DNA of 64,000 nt from Candidatus Poribacteria bacterium. GTDB lineage: Bacteria > Poribacteria > WGA-4E > PCPOR2b. Position numbers and translations under genes: made by a program. The stretch is from positions 2,732,633 to 2,796,632 of the forward strand of contig OZ242351.1 in NCBI GenBank assembly GCA_965208675.1. The letters are read 5' to 3'. Positions within the stretch are counted from its first letter, which is position 1; each line of letters begins with the position of its first letter. The notes under the pieces are model-generated. The model did not search any database and was not told the origin of the DNA. It was given only the letters and a program-made list of their open reading frames with translations. Shown here one piece after another: positions 1 through 9,389 of the stretch.

Positions 1-1444
1 ACGGCTTCAAATCGTTGCGGAAATCGTGTTGCAATCCAAAGGCGTGGCCAAGCTCATGTACCACTACATCATGGTCAAAACAGTCGCCGGAGGCCGGAAC
101 AATCACAGTCCCGCCAAAAGCCCCATCGGGCCCGCCACGGCCGCATACTTTACTGCCACTGCCGCCAATCCTTTGGCTGCCGATATCTATCGCCGCAACG
201 TAGATATTTATCGAGCGGTCAAAGTGCTCGTCTACTTCGTCCAAGACTCTGTTCCAAGTATCAATATGATAATGCCCATCATTGAACTTACCCTCCAGAC
301 GATGCACTACCGTCTTGCCGGCTTCATCGGTTTCCAACCGGAAGGTCTTATAGCCGAACCCGTAATAGTCCATCTGCCCGGCATAAGCCTTTTGGACATC
401 CCTTATTAACTTATCAAAGTTGCCGTTTATACCGCGCTGAGGTGAGCGATCGCTGGGAAGGAAATAGATTAGGCGAACTACATACCGCGGCCCTTGTCGC
501 GCCAAAAGGGTTTTGATATTCCGGACGCGGACCGCGCCATCTCTCCCGCCACTGGCAAGTATTGAACCGTCGGGAGAGAAGGCTACCGCCCTAATCCAAT
601 CCGAGCCTTCAGCCAGCGTTGCAAGCTTTTCGCCGTTCTTAATGGACCAGTGGCTGACCTCCCATCCCGATGCAGCGAGCGCATCTTCATCCGGAGAAAA
701 ATCAACCGAATAGACGGCGCCATTGTTCGGAATTGTTCCGAGGCGTTCCCAGTTCGACACATCCCACAAATTGATGAGATCGTCGTTTCCGCCGCTCACC
801 AGCGTTCGGCTATCCGGAGAAAATTTGAGAGATCCGACCGCCGCTGAATGGCCTTCTAGTTGAGCGACAATTCGCCGCTCTTGGACATTCCAAATCCGCA
901 CGATTCCGTTATGGTCTCCAGAGGCGAGAAGTCGTCCGTCGGGGGAGAACGCTGCCGACCAAATCCATGCGCCGTGCGGAAGGGTGGCAATCTCAGTTTG
1001 ATATACGGCATCAATCAGAATTACATGCTGACCGGCGGCGGCGATTAGCTGCCCATCGGGCGCGAAGGTTACTTCAGTTACGGGAAAAGGCACTTGGAAT
1101 GACACGGGTTCATGGGACGCGATCTCTTGCCAACCTGAAATTTCCCATGCCTTGACGGTGGAATCATCGCTGCCACTCACAAGGGTTTTGCCGTCCGGTG
1201 AAAATGCCACTGAATTGACCGTGCCTTCGTGGTTACCGAGAGTTTTCACGCTATTCTGCCGCAAATTCCACAGCTTAATAGTGTTATCCGCACCGGCACT
1301 GGCAATTATGGACGAATCCCGCGGGGAAAACGCTACCGAGTGGACGGTATCGCCGTGATTGAGAATCGTGGGTTCCTGCGCAAAACTGGACGGCAAAAAA
1401 CAGAGGAGGGCTAACGACAGAAAAGATGCAAATGTGATTTTCAT
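1..1444 (-). CDS. Secreted WD40-repeat protein with C-terminal metzincin-like zinc metallopeptidase domain (3' end runs off the window)
   Basis: ATG at 1444 on the minus strand, with the reading frame open to position 1 (no reported ORF means no in-frame stop). Translation MKITFASFLSLALLCFLPSSFAQ (signal peptide), then repeated WD motifs (HSVAFSPRDS..IKLWN, VNSVAFSPDGKTLVSGSDDSTVKAWE, SAAFSPDGRLLASGDHNGIVRIWN, etc.), then ...DHDVVVHELGHAFGLQHDF = HExxHxxGxxH metzincin signature near the window edge. Confidence 0.75.
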   Translation of the reverse strand, partial: MKITFASFLSLALLCFLPSSFAQEPTILNHGDTVHSVAFSPRDSSIIASAGADNTIKLWNLRQNSVKTLGNHEGTVNSVAFSPDGKTLVSGSDDSTVKAWEISGWQEIASHEPVSFQVPFPVTEVTFAPDGQLIAAAGQHVILIDAVYQTEIATLPHGAWIWSAAFSPDGRLLASGDHNGIVRIWNVQERRIVAQLEGHSAAVGSLKFSPDSRTLVSGGNDDLINLWDVSNWERLGTIPNNGAVYSVDFSPDEDALAASGWEVSHWSIKNGEKLATLAEGSDWIRAVAFSPDGSILASGGRDGAVRVRNIKTLLARQGPRYVVRLIYFLPSDRSPQRGINGNFDKLIRDVQKAYAGQMDYYGFGYKTFRLETDEAGKTVVHRLEGKFNDGHYHIDTWNRVLDEVDEHFDRSINIYVAAIDIGSQRIGGSGSKVCGRGGPDGAFGGTVIVPASGDCFDHDVVVHELGHAFGLQHDFRNDLKP

Positions 1445-1692
1445 CGGGAAGATTCTCTTATGAAGGCTTTGCCTAAAGCGGGTGTAGGTTTAGATTGAGC
1501 TGGCGGTTTCGGAGAAGACTATCGCAGTCGCTGTTCGCTCCTTTGATCCCTCGTTATTCACTCGGTTGATCCCTCCTTGCCAAGGAGGGGAATGAAGATT
1601 GGATGGACCGAAATCGGAACGGTATGTATCTGCGGTTATCCCGAGTGTCTACTCCGCACGACTTTTAACACTTGTGGGTAATAGTAAGCTTA

Positions 1693-2391
1693 CTAAGGGG
1701 GAGAATCTTTCAGCGCACCGTCCTTTTTGAGTTCGGCGATTACCATCTTCATGTCGTCCCAAACATCTCGTTTGGCGTTCGGGTTTCGGAGGAGGAATGC
1801 GGGGTGGTAGGTCGGCATGACTTTTACGCCGCGGTAATCGTGAAATTTCCCTTTCAGTGATGAAATTTTTTGATCGGTACGGAGTAGGGTCTGTGCGGCA
1901 AAGCTGCCAAGCGCACAGATAACTTTGGGTTGGATGAGTTCAATCTGTTTCAGGAGAAACGGTTCGCAGGTTTCGACCTCAACGGGTTTTGGGTTCCGAT
2001 TTCCGGGCGGACGGCATTTGATGACGTTCGCAATGTAGACCTGCTCGCGCGCATATCCCACGGCTTCAATAATCTTGGTCAAGAGTTGTCCGGCTCGACC
2101 GACAAAGGGTTCGCCCTGCCGGTCTTCATCGGCGCCGGGGGCTTCGCCGACAAACATGAGTTCGGCGTTTTCATCTCCTGTCCCAAAAACGACAGTGTTA
2201 CGGTTTTGATGCAATTCGCAGCGCGTGCAGTCCGCCGCTTCCTCACGCAGCCGTTTCAGGTCAAAATCGCCGGTCTGTTTTTTGGGTTCATGGTGCTCCG
2301 TAAAGCCGAGCTGCATCTGTTCTTCCACGTACTCCCTCACGGTTGCAACGATATCCAGATATTCTTGAACAATTTCTCTTGAATCTGACAT
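1693..2391 (-). CDS. Uracil-DNA glycosylase, family 4 (UdgA/SPO1-type)
   Basis: 232 aa. Has the C-x2-C element ([12 protein letters not shown]), GEAPGADED and [12 protein letters not shown] motifs typical of family-4 UDG. TAG stop. Confidence 0.9.
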   Translation of the reverse strand: MSDSREIVQEYLDIVATVREYVEEQMQLGFTEHHEPKKQTGDFDLKRLREEAADCTRCELHQNRNTVVFGTGDENAELMFVGEAPGADEDRQGEPFVGRAGQLLTKIIEAVGYAREQVYIANVIKCRPPGNRNPKPVEVETCEPFLLKQIELIQPKVICALGSFAAQTLLRTDQKISSLKGKFHDYRGVKVMPTYHPAFLLRNPNAKRDVWDDMKMVIAELKKDGALKDSPP

Positions 2392-2509
2392 TTTGGATAG
2401 TGAATAGGGTCGGGTTAAAAATTCGTGCTAATTTGCTTAGAAGAAACCGAGTTTTGGGGAAAAAACTCGGTTTCAAGTCTTGGGGCAAAACTCGGTTATG
2501 CCATATGCT

Positions 2510-3583
2510 TCAACCCATTTGCAAACGCCGTTTGAGCTCCTGGATCCGAACAACCGGAGTTGGGTCTTGGGCGTACGAGACGGCAAGATATAAGCTGGTC
2601 CAGTCGCCTACCGCGATTAGCGAAAGGAGGCGCGCCAACAGCGATTCGCCTTGCGAATGGACCTGCGCGATACCCGCGGTGTGCCTTTCAATAAGTTCGG
2701 CGGTGATTTCCATTCGCCGCTGCGTACGGTTGTGCGCGGCATCGTCACGCAGCATCACGACAAAGCAGCATCGCGTTAAATCGGATGGAAACTTCCAACC
2801 TTCGATTTCATTGTGGTTCATCTCAGGCAGAAGGTTGTGATACGCCAGCGATTTTGCGTTCTCATTAATCTGCGCTGTCCATCGGATTGCAACGGCGCCG
2901 AGTGATTGCGGCGCATAAATGATTGGCAGTTTCCCGCACATCTGGCGGGCAAGCTGTTTTGGGCGGTTGTCTTCGACATCAGGATGAAAGCCGTTTACCA
3001 ACCGCGACAGCAGATGGATTGCCTCTTGTGTATCGCCCCGGAAATCGAATCCCTGCGCAAATCCAAGTCGGTCAAGGATCGCTAGAACGGGTAAATAGAG
3101 ATATCCGAGCGCGGATCTGGGTTGGCCGCGGGCAGGAATAGTGAGGCAGGGAATGCCGCGCTGTACGGCAAATTCCGCGAGTTTGCCGCCGCCAGTGATG
3201 GCAATTAACTCCGCTCCACGCTCATACGCCGTTTCCACGGACATCAGCGTTTCTTCGGTGTTACCGGAGAAGCTGACGGCGATAAAAAGTGTCCCCTGCC
3301 CAACGAACGCGGGCAGCGAATAGTCGCGATGGACAGCAACAGGAATTGGGCAGTTATCGGCAACCACCGCTTTCACCAAATCGCCCCCGATACCGGACCC
3401 GCCCATTCCGGCGATGACAATGTTACGAATCTCAAGTTCAGTATACCCGTCGAGTTGGAAACCCTCGACAAGTTTTACCGCACCCGCGCACTGATCGGGA
3501 AAGCCTATCAGTTGGTCAAGCATGTTTTCTGGATCGTGGCGCCGAACCCGTATTGAATCGAGCATGGTAGGTAGTGTTGCCAA
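2510..3583 (-). CDS. Bifunctional phosphoglucose/phosphomannose isomerase (SIS-domain, archaeal-type PGI/PMI family)
   Basis: 357 aa. SIS-domain glycine motifs (IAGMGGSGIGGDL, AVSFSGNTEET). Length and overall pattern fit the PGI/PMI family. TGA stop. Confidence 0.7.
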   Translation of the reverse strand: MATLPTMLDSIRVRRHDPENMLDQLIGFPDQCAGAVKLVEGFQLDGYTELEIRNIVIAGMGGSGIGGDLVKAVVADNCPIPVAVHRDYSLPAFVGQGTLFIAVSFSGNTEETLMSVETAYERGAELIAITGGGKLAEFAVQRGIPCLTIPARGQPRSALGYLYLPVLAILDRLGFAQGFDFRGDTQEAIHLLSRLVNGFHPDVEDNRPKQLARQMCGKLPIIYAPQSLGAVAIRWTAQINENAKSLAYHNLLPEMNHNEIEGWKFPSDLTRCCFVVMLRDDAAHNRTQRRMEITAELIERHTAGIAQVHSQGESLLARLLSLIAVGDWTSLYLAVSYAQDPTPVVRIQELKRRLQMG

Positions 3584-3771
3584 TGCAAATTAAATATTAC
3601 ACAAATCGATCCATTCAAATTGGAGTGCGAGTGCCCAAATCAAGTGAAAACCTGAAATCTATAGTCTTAGGTATTCTTTCGCTTAATCCTTTGTCAGAGC
3701 AGTATAAGTAGGTCAGTCCAGATTACCCGGTCAATCGCTAAAGAACGCCGTAACTATGATAGAACCAAAAT

Positions 3772-5583
3772 TTATCCGCCGAGAAACTTGAGGAAGCGGT
3801 CAACGGGCTCAAGGCCCAGAATGTCATACCATGAGATATATAAGAACAGCCCAATGATAAAGACGACGCTAATTTTCAGCACAAGCATCTGCTTATGAAC
3901 GCTCAACGGTTTACCACGAATTTTTTCAAGCGCAAAGAATAGGATTTGACCGCCGTCCGCGATTGGAATCGGCAGCAGATTCACAATGCCCAAGTTGATG
4001 CTTATGAAGGCGACAATGTAAAGGAGGCCGCGCAGACCTGCACGCGCAGTTTCAGCAGTTGCCGTCACAATACCGATCGGCCCTGCGAGCAGCTTTGGAG
4101 AGACATCGAAGCTAAGGAGGCCGCCCAAGAGTGAAAACACGTTTGAAACAATAGTCCAGCTCTCTCCGAACCCGCGGCCCCAGGCGGTAATGATGTTATA
4201 TTTTTCAACGCGGCCCGGTTCGGCGAGTTGAAGGCCGCTGACCGACTCGCCGAACGTTAACCCCCAACCCTCAAATAGATTGCTAGCGTAGTCCGGCGGG
4301 ACTGCCACACCAAGCGCTACATCGCCGCGGCGAAATGCAAGCTGAATGGGCTGATTGGGATTTGCGCCGGCTAGTAGTTCTTGCAACTCCTCGCGGGAAT
4401 TAATCGTGTACGCGGATTCACCGTTCACCGAAACAAATTCATCTCCGGGCTGCACACCCGACTTTTCGGCTTCGCTCCCCTCCTGAACGCCGGCAACAAT
4501 AAACTGCCGGTAGATGCGCAAACTCATCTCTAGCGGCGCGCCGTCATGTTCGTAGATGTTTAACTTTTGCGCGTCCGCTCTAAGTACATATGTTATATCG
4601 CTATCAGAGAGCAGCCAACTCTCACCCGCCGATATTGTCGAGACTACCGGCGCATGAGACAGTCGGACACCGTTATCGCGAAGTGCACGTTTCAAAGCAG
4701 CCGGAATTTCGCCACTGTCCAGTTCGATTTGGGATTGAAGGTCGACCGCAAAAATAAATCCTCGTTTAATACTGAGGGCGACTTCCTCACCATGGTGTTG
4801 TGTGGCAGCGGCATAAAAGTCAAGATGTGAATAGACAGGTTCTCCATTGATTGCACCGATTTGGTCGCCAACTTGGATTCCGGCGGCTGACGCCGCGCTG
4901 CCGTCCCAGACGCGATAGACCTCCGCGTCCATTTTTGGCGTAACGCCAATGCGCCCGATTTCGCGCGCCCGAATTTTCTCGGTTTCCGGCACAACGGTTA
5001 GCGTCTGTTTTTGACCATCGCGAATTATTTCAATTTCGAGTTCTTTGCCGGGTTTTGTGAGGATTTTTGTGTTCAAATCTTGCCACCCCTGCAATCGGTT
5101 TCCGCTGATAGAAACAATTCGGTCACCCGGACGGATTCCGGCAACCTCTGCGGGGCTGTCTTTGACAACGTACCCAATCTGGGTAGTTTCGGTTGAACTC
5201 CGTACATAATTACCTGCGACCAGATATATCAGCGAAAAGACAATTATCCCGAACGCAAAGTTCATCGCAGGACCGGCAATGGCAACGAATATACGGTGTT
5301 CCACGGGGGCAGAGGAAAATTCGCCCGGCGCACCGGTACGTTCTTCAGGGTTCTCCCCCGGCATCTTCACGAATCCGCCAAACGGCAACACTGAGATGCA
5401 GTATTCGGTTTCTCCTTTCGTGAAGCCGACGAGTTTGGGTCCAAATCCGATAGAGAACTTCTCAACTCGAATGCCGCATCGCTTTGCAGCGAGGAAATGC
5501 CCAAGTTCATGAATAAAGATAAGGAAGCCGAGCGCAAGCACGGCAATAATGAATTCGTCGATTGACTGAAACATAAATTTCAC
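3772..5583 (-). CDS. rseP: RseP-type site-2 protease (M50 intramembrane zinc metalloprotease) with multiple PDZ domains
   Basis: 603 aa. N-terminal TM with HELGHFLAA (HExxH), PDZ-like segments (GIRPGDRIVSISG, GIQVGDQIGAINGEP, GVQPGDEFVSVNGE), C-terminal TM with LNLLPIPIADGG motif. TAA stop. Confidence 0.9.
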   Translation of the reverse strand: MKFMFQSIDEFIIAVLALGFLIFIHELGHFLAAKRCGIRVEKFSIGFGPKLVGFTKGETEYCISVLPFGGFVKMPGENPEERTGAPGEFSSAPVEHRIFVAIAGPAMNFAFGIIVFSLIYLVAGNYVRSSTETTQIGYVVKDSPAEVAGIRPGDRIVSISGNRLQGWQDLNTKILTKPGKELEIEIIRDGQKQTLTVVPETEKIRAREIGRIGVTPKMDAEVYRVWDGSAASAAGIQVGDQIGAINGEPVYSHLDFYAAATQHHGEEVALSIKRGFIFAVDLQSQIELDSGEIPAALKRALRDNGVRLSHAPVVSTISAGESWLLSDSDITYVLRADAQKLNIYEHDGAPLEMSLRIYRQFIVAGVQEGSEAEKSGVQPGDEFVSVNGESAYTINSREELQELLAGANPNQPIQLAFRRGDVALGVAVPPDYASNLFEGWGLTFGESVSGLQLAEPGRVEKYNIITAWGRGFGESWTIVSNVFSLLGGLLSFDVSPKLLAGPIGIVTATAETARAGLRGLLYIVAFISINLGIVNLLPIPIADGGQILFFALEKIRGKPLSVHKQMLVLKISVVFIIGLFLYISWYDILGLEPVDRFLKFLGG

Positions 5584-5617
5584 CTTTTATTGAGTAATAA
5601 ATTGTAAACGGAAGCGA

Positions 5618-6973
5618 CTACGTGTACCGCGCATTACGATATTTAGGTTGATAAAATTCCGGAAGCAGTTGGTCGACCTGCAGTAACCCCTTTCGCGTCA
5701 GCGAAATTTCATTGCTAGAATAGGTCAGCATACCCTCATCTCTCAGTTTTTTGTAAGTTGAACCAAACAGTTCCGAAATGTCCGCCCCGAATTTTTCTCG
5801 AAAATAGCCGGTTTCGATTTTCCCTAATTTTAGCTGAAGTATCATTTCTCTTATCAACTGTTCTCTTGAGGTCGTGGGAAATGCGCGGTCGTGCGGCAAC
5901 TTATTCTGGTTAAGCAACCGGATATAATCGTCCCACACGGACGCGTTTTGGAAATGCACACCGCCGACGTGGGAAAACGACGCCACGCCGGCGCCAATCA
6001 TGTCACAGCCGTGCCAAACCGCGTCCCGGTAGACGAAATTTATTGGGCTGCCTTTTTTTACCATGGTGTAAGCGCTGGAGGCCTCATACCCAGCAGCGGC
6101 GAACTGTTCAAACGCATGTTGATGCCATTCGCGCTTCGTCTTCCAATTCGCCACAGATAAGCCCGTCCCGCCGCCGAGAATGTCGTTTGAGTAAACGGTG
6201 TTAAACGGGAGTTCCATCTGATAAACGGTGATGCTGTCCAAATCCAAGTCGATGGTTTTCTTTACGGTATCACGCCAACTCGCCCACGTTTCGCCGACCA
6301 TGCCCGCAATGAGATCTACGTTGACTTGCTCGAATTCGAGGTCTTTTATCCACGGCACAACTGCATAGACCTCTTTGGACAGATGGGCTCTACCGTTTTC
6401 GTTTAGAATAGCATCGTTTAAATTTTCAACTCCGAGGCTCAAGCGCGTGACACCGATCTCTTTGATGGCGGTTAGTTTCGACTGCGTCAAAGTGCCGGGT
6501 TCACACTCGAAAGCGATTTCTTCGGCGTCATCCCAAGGCATCGACGCTTTGAGGCGGTTGACAAGCGTCTTCAGATGCTTAACGCTGATGTAAGAAGGGG
6601 TGCCGCCGCCAAAATAAACGAACGTCAAGGGACGTCCAAGAATTCTTGGCAGTTTGCTGTAAAGCGAAACCTCTCTTGTCAACGCTTCAAGATAGGTTTG
6701 AATCTCCGAGCTATTTTTGTCGGTGTAAACGCGGAAATAACAGAATTTACAGCGTTTGCGGCAGAACGGAATATGGAGGTAGAGTCCTAACGGCGTTTCA
6801 ATCGGAGAATTTGTCGAGGAATTCAGGACATCCATTAACACCGGCATGTTGTCTTTGCGCCAAAATGAATACGGCGGATAATTTGAAACGAAGACACTTC
6901 CGACTTGTGTTTCTTTTGAATCTTTCCGCGCTGTCGCCGGTTCGGGTTTTATCGTTTCCGTTTGTTTACTCAT
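5618..6973 (-). CDS. Radical SAM coproporphyrinogen-III oxidase-like protein (HemN/HemW family)
   Basis: CRKRCKFCYF (CxxxCxxC radical-SAM cluster motif) and GGGTPS. HemN-like length. Start is probably MSKQTE at 6973, which removes the overlap with the upstream gene. The longest ORF begins at 7012. Confidence 0.8.
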   Translation of the reverse strand: MSKQTETIKPEPATARKDSKETQVGSVFVSNYPPYSFWRKDNMPVLMDVLNSSTNSPIETPLGLYLHIPFCRKRCKFCYFRVYTDKNSSEIQTYLEALTREVSLYSKLPRILGRPLTFVYFGGGTPSYISVKHLKTLVNRLKASMPWDDAEEIAFECEPGTLTQSKLTAIKEIGVTRLSLGVENLNDAILNENGRAHLSKEVYAVVPWIKDLEFEQVNVDLIAGMVGETWASWRDTVKKTIDLDLDSITVYQMELPFNTVYSNDILGGGTGLSVANWKTKREWHQHAFEQFAAAGYEASSAYTMVKKGSPINFVYRDAVWHGCDMIGAGVASFSHVGGVHFQNASVWDDYIRLLNQNKLPHDRAFPTTSREQLIREMILQLKLGKIETGYFREKFGADISELFGSTYKKLRDEGMLTYSSNEISLTRKGLLQVDQLLPEFYQPKYRNARYT

Positions 6974-8159
6974 TGCTCCGTGTTCCTCCGCCAAAGCAGT
7001 ACAAAACTCCATCGTCCGAGCCGATTACAAGATTCCCGCCTGCAACGCATGGAGAGGCAACAATAGACGACCCTGTAACGAACTGCCAAACTGGTTCCCC
7101 CGTATTGATATTAAGTGCGTAAATGACACCGCCCACAGTTCCAAAGAGAACTCGGTTGCCGATGATTACGGGCGAGGAATCGACCCGCGCTTTGGTTGGA
7201 TATATCCACAGGGGTTCGCCCGTTTGCGGTTTGAGCGCATGGATTCGCTTATCCCTGCCGCCAACGATTACCGCGTCGTTCGTCACAGCGGCTGACGCAT
7301 AGAATGGAAACCCGCCCTTTGCAGGCTCGTAATTCCAGAGGATTTCGGCATGATTTAGGTCAACGCCTAACACTTGATTGCCAAATGTTCCGACAAAAGC
7401 CCGCGTCTTTAGAACAGCAGGGCTCGCCGCAACGTAATCTCCCAGCGGTATTTTGTTGTTCTCCTCGCCGTTGAGTACGTTTATGACGCGCAGATAACCG
7501 TCACAGCCCGTCGTAACCACAACATCATTCGGGTACGGCAAGCTGCCGCTGCTCCGAACGTCCACTACCGTCGGCGTGCCGTGAACGTATCCTTCGGTCT
7601 CAAACTTCCAGATTAACGCCCCGGTCTCCGCTGAAACGCTATACAGATACTGGTCATAGGAGCCAAACAGAACAGAATCGCCCGCAAAATTTGCGGATGA
7701 AATTATACCACCATCGGTCTGAAAAATCCATCTTTGTTGACCGGTTTCGGCATCCACGGCATGAAAAACTCCCATCTCGTCACCAAAGTATACAGTTTTC
7801 CTAAACACGGCTGGCGACGATTTAATCTCATCGGATGCACTATATTTCCATTTCAACGAACCGCTTTCAAGGTTAATGGCGTAAAGGTTTCCATCTAATG
7901 CCCCCACATAAACCGTGCCCGCAGCAATGGCAGCCGTAGACTCGATGCCCTCGCCCGCCTCGAACGTCCAGAGCAGTTGAGGGTTATCCGGGAAATCACC
8001 CGCAGCTACCCCTGTTAGTTGAGGATTTCCGCGGAAACTTACCCAGTCTCCGGCATCGGCTCGGCTTTGTGTGTTAAGTATGAGAATCGCACTTACAATG
8101 AAAGCCGAAAACCGGTAACGTCTGTTCGTATCGGCGTTTGATATATGGGTGTCGTTCAT
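6966..8159 (-). CDS. Secreted PQQ-repeat beta-propeller protein (BamB-like)
   Basis: Repeated G-x-[LVI]-[YF]-A-[LVI]-[DN]-x-x-[TS]-G-x-x-x-W motifs (GNLYAINLESGSLKWKY, VFHAVDAETGQQRWIF, YLYSVSAETGALIWKF, RIHALKPQTGEPLWIY, VIYALNINTGEPVWQF). Signal peptide from Met at 8159 (RRYRFSAFIVSAILILNTQSRA/DA). The ORF is open to 8252. Confidence 0.7.
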   Translation of the reverse strand: MNDTHISNADTNRRYRFSAFIVSAILILNTQSRADAGDWVSFRGNPQLTGVAAGDFPDNPQLLWTFEAGEGIESTAAIAAGTVYVGALDGNLYAINLESGSLKWKYSASDEIKSSPAVFRKTVYFGDEMGVFHAVDAETGQQRWIFQTDGGIISSANFAGDSVLFGSYDQYLYSVSAETGALIWKFETEGYVHGTPTVVDVRSSGSLPYPNDVVVTTGCDGYLRVINVLNGEENNKIPLGDYVAASPAVLKTRAFVGTFGNQVLGVDLNHAEILWNYEPAKGGFPFYASAAVTNDAVIVGGRDKRIHALKPQTGEPLWIYPTKARVDSSPVIIGNRVLFGTVGGVIYALNINTGEPVWQFVTGSSIVASPCVAGGNLVIGSDDGVLYCFGGGTRSNE

Positions 8160-8270
8160 CAATTTGCGAATTAAAGGCGGGAATTTTTGGGGTTTCACTT
8201 CCATACCGGCCGGATACAGACACCGGGTATACAAGAATAAACGCCGTTTCAAGTCTCATAGTGCTCTGAA

Positions 8271-9389
8271 TCAGTACGCCGCCTCATACAGTTCCAGCAA
8301 TTCGACTTCCCCGACTTGCCGTGGATTAAACCCGCCCGTCCATTGCGCCGCGGCTTCCTTTGCCAAATTGGGCAAATCCACTCTGTCAATATTGAAATCT
8401 CTCAGCCGCACCGGCAACCGTGCGGCGGTAATCAATTCGAAAATGCGTTCATCTAACGGTGAAGGATACAACTCGCGGTAAAGCGCGCCGACCGCCTGTC
8501 GGTTGAATCCCACAACGTGGGGCAGCATTAATCCCACCGCAACGCCGTGAATTACACCATATCGACTTGTCAAAGGATTGGCGCAGGCATGCGCTGCGCC
8601 GAGCATGGAGTTTTCTATCGCAGCACCAGCGAGATGCGCCCCCAGCAGCATTCGTCCTTGGGCGTCAACATTCTCGAGATTGCGTAGAACAGTTTCGAAA
8701 TTCCCCTCAAGCAGCCGCCACGCCTCTCTGGCAAACGCCTGCGAGATGGGATTCCGTTTCGTCGAAACATAACTTTCCACAGCGTGGGCGATTGCATCAA
8801 TGCCCGCCGCCGCCGCCACGTGGTTCGGGACGGTTGCCGTCAACACCGGATCGAGAATTACGGTTCGGAATCGGGCTTTTTTGTCGCCGCAGGCCATCTT
8901 TTGGCGGGAAACCTCTTGGGTGATTAACGCAAAAGACTGGGCTTCGCTGCCCGTGCCCGCGGTGGTCGGAACGCCGATGGAGGGGAGCATCGGTTTGGAG
9001 GCTTTGCCTTCGCCCCAATAATCCGCCATAGCGCCGCCGTTCGTGAGGAGGAAGTTGATTCCTTTAGCGCAGTCCATTGCGCTGCCGCCGCCTAAACCGA
9101 CGATTAGGTCAATCTTTCCTTGTGATGCCGCAAACCGAACACCGGATTCAACGTGCCGAGTTGTCGGATTTTCTTCTACACCGTCAAAAACAGAGACCGC
9201 TAACGATTCCTTCCTCAAGGATTTGAGCGCGTTTTCCACAATTCCGGCGCTGACGACGCCCGAATCGGACACAACCAGAACGCGCGTGCCGCCTAATTCC
9301 TTTGTCAAAGCCCCCAACTGAACGAGTGTATTCTCGCCGAATATGACGCGCGTACTCGGTTGAAAATCGAAAGGTTGCATTGCCCTCAA
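8271..9389 (-). CDS. Iron-containing alcohol dehydrogenase family protein
   Basis: 372 aa. GGGSAMDCAK and histidine-rich metal-site region (AHAVES..., HGVAVG). Overlaps the upstream ALDH gene by 4 bp, suggesting an operon. Confidence 0.85.
   Translation of the reverse strand: MRAMQPFDFQPSTRVIFGENTLVQLGALTKELGGTRVLVVSDSGVVSAGIVENALKSLRKESLAVSVFDGVEENPTTRHVESGVRFAASQGKIDLIVGLGGGSAMDCAKGINFLLTNGGAMADYWGEGKASKPMLPSIGVPTTAGTGSEAQSFALITQEVSRQKMACGDKKARFRTVILDPVLTATVPNHVAAAAGIDAIAHAVESYVSTKRNPISQAFAREAWRLLEGNFETVLRNLENVDAQGRMLLGAHLAGAAIENSMLGAAHACANPLTSRYGVIHGVAVGLMLPHVVGFNRQAVGALYRELYPSPLDERIFELITAARLPVRLRDFNIDRVDLPNLAKEAAAQWTGGFNPRQVGEVELLELYEAAY

Noticed and set aside
1570-1590. Inverted repeat CCCTCCTTgccaaGGAGGG between the WD40 and UDG genes
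   Set aside because: Not followed by a T-tract on either strand. It may be a protein-binding palindrome or chance. Not enough support for a terminator call.
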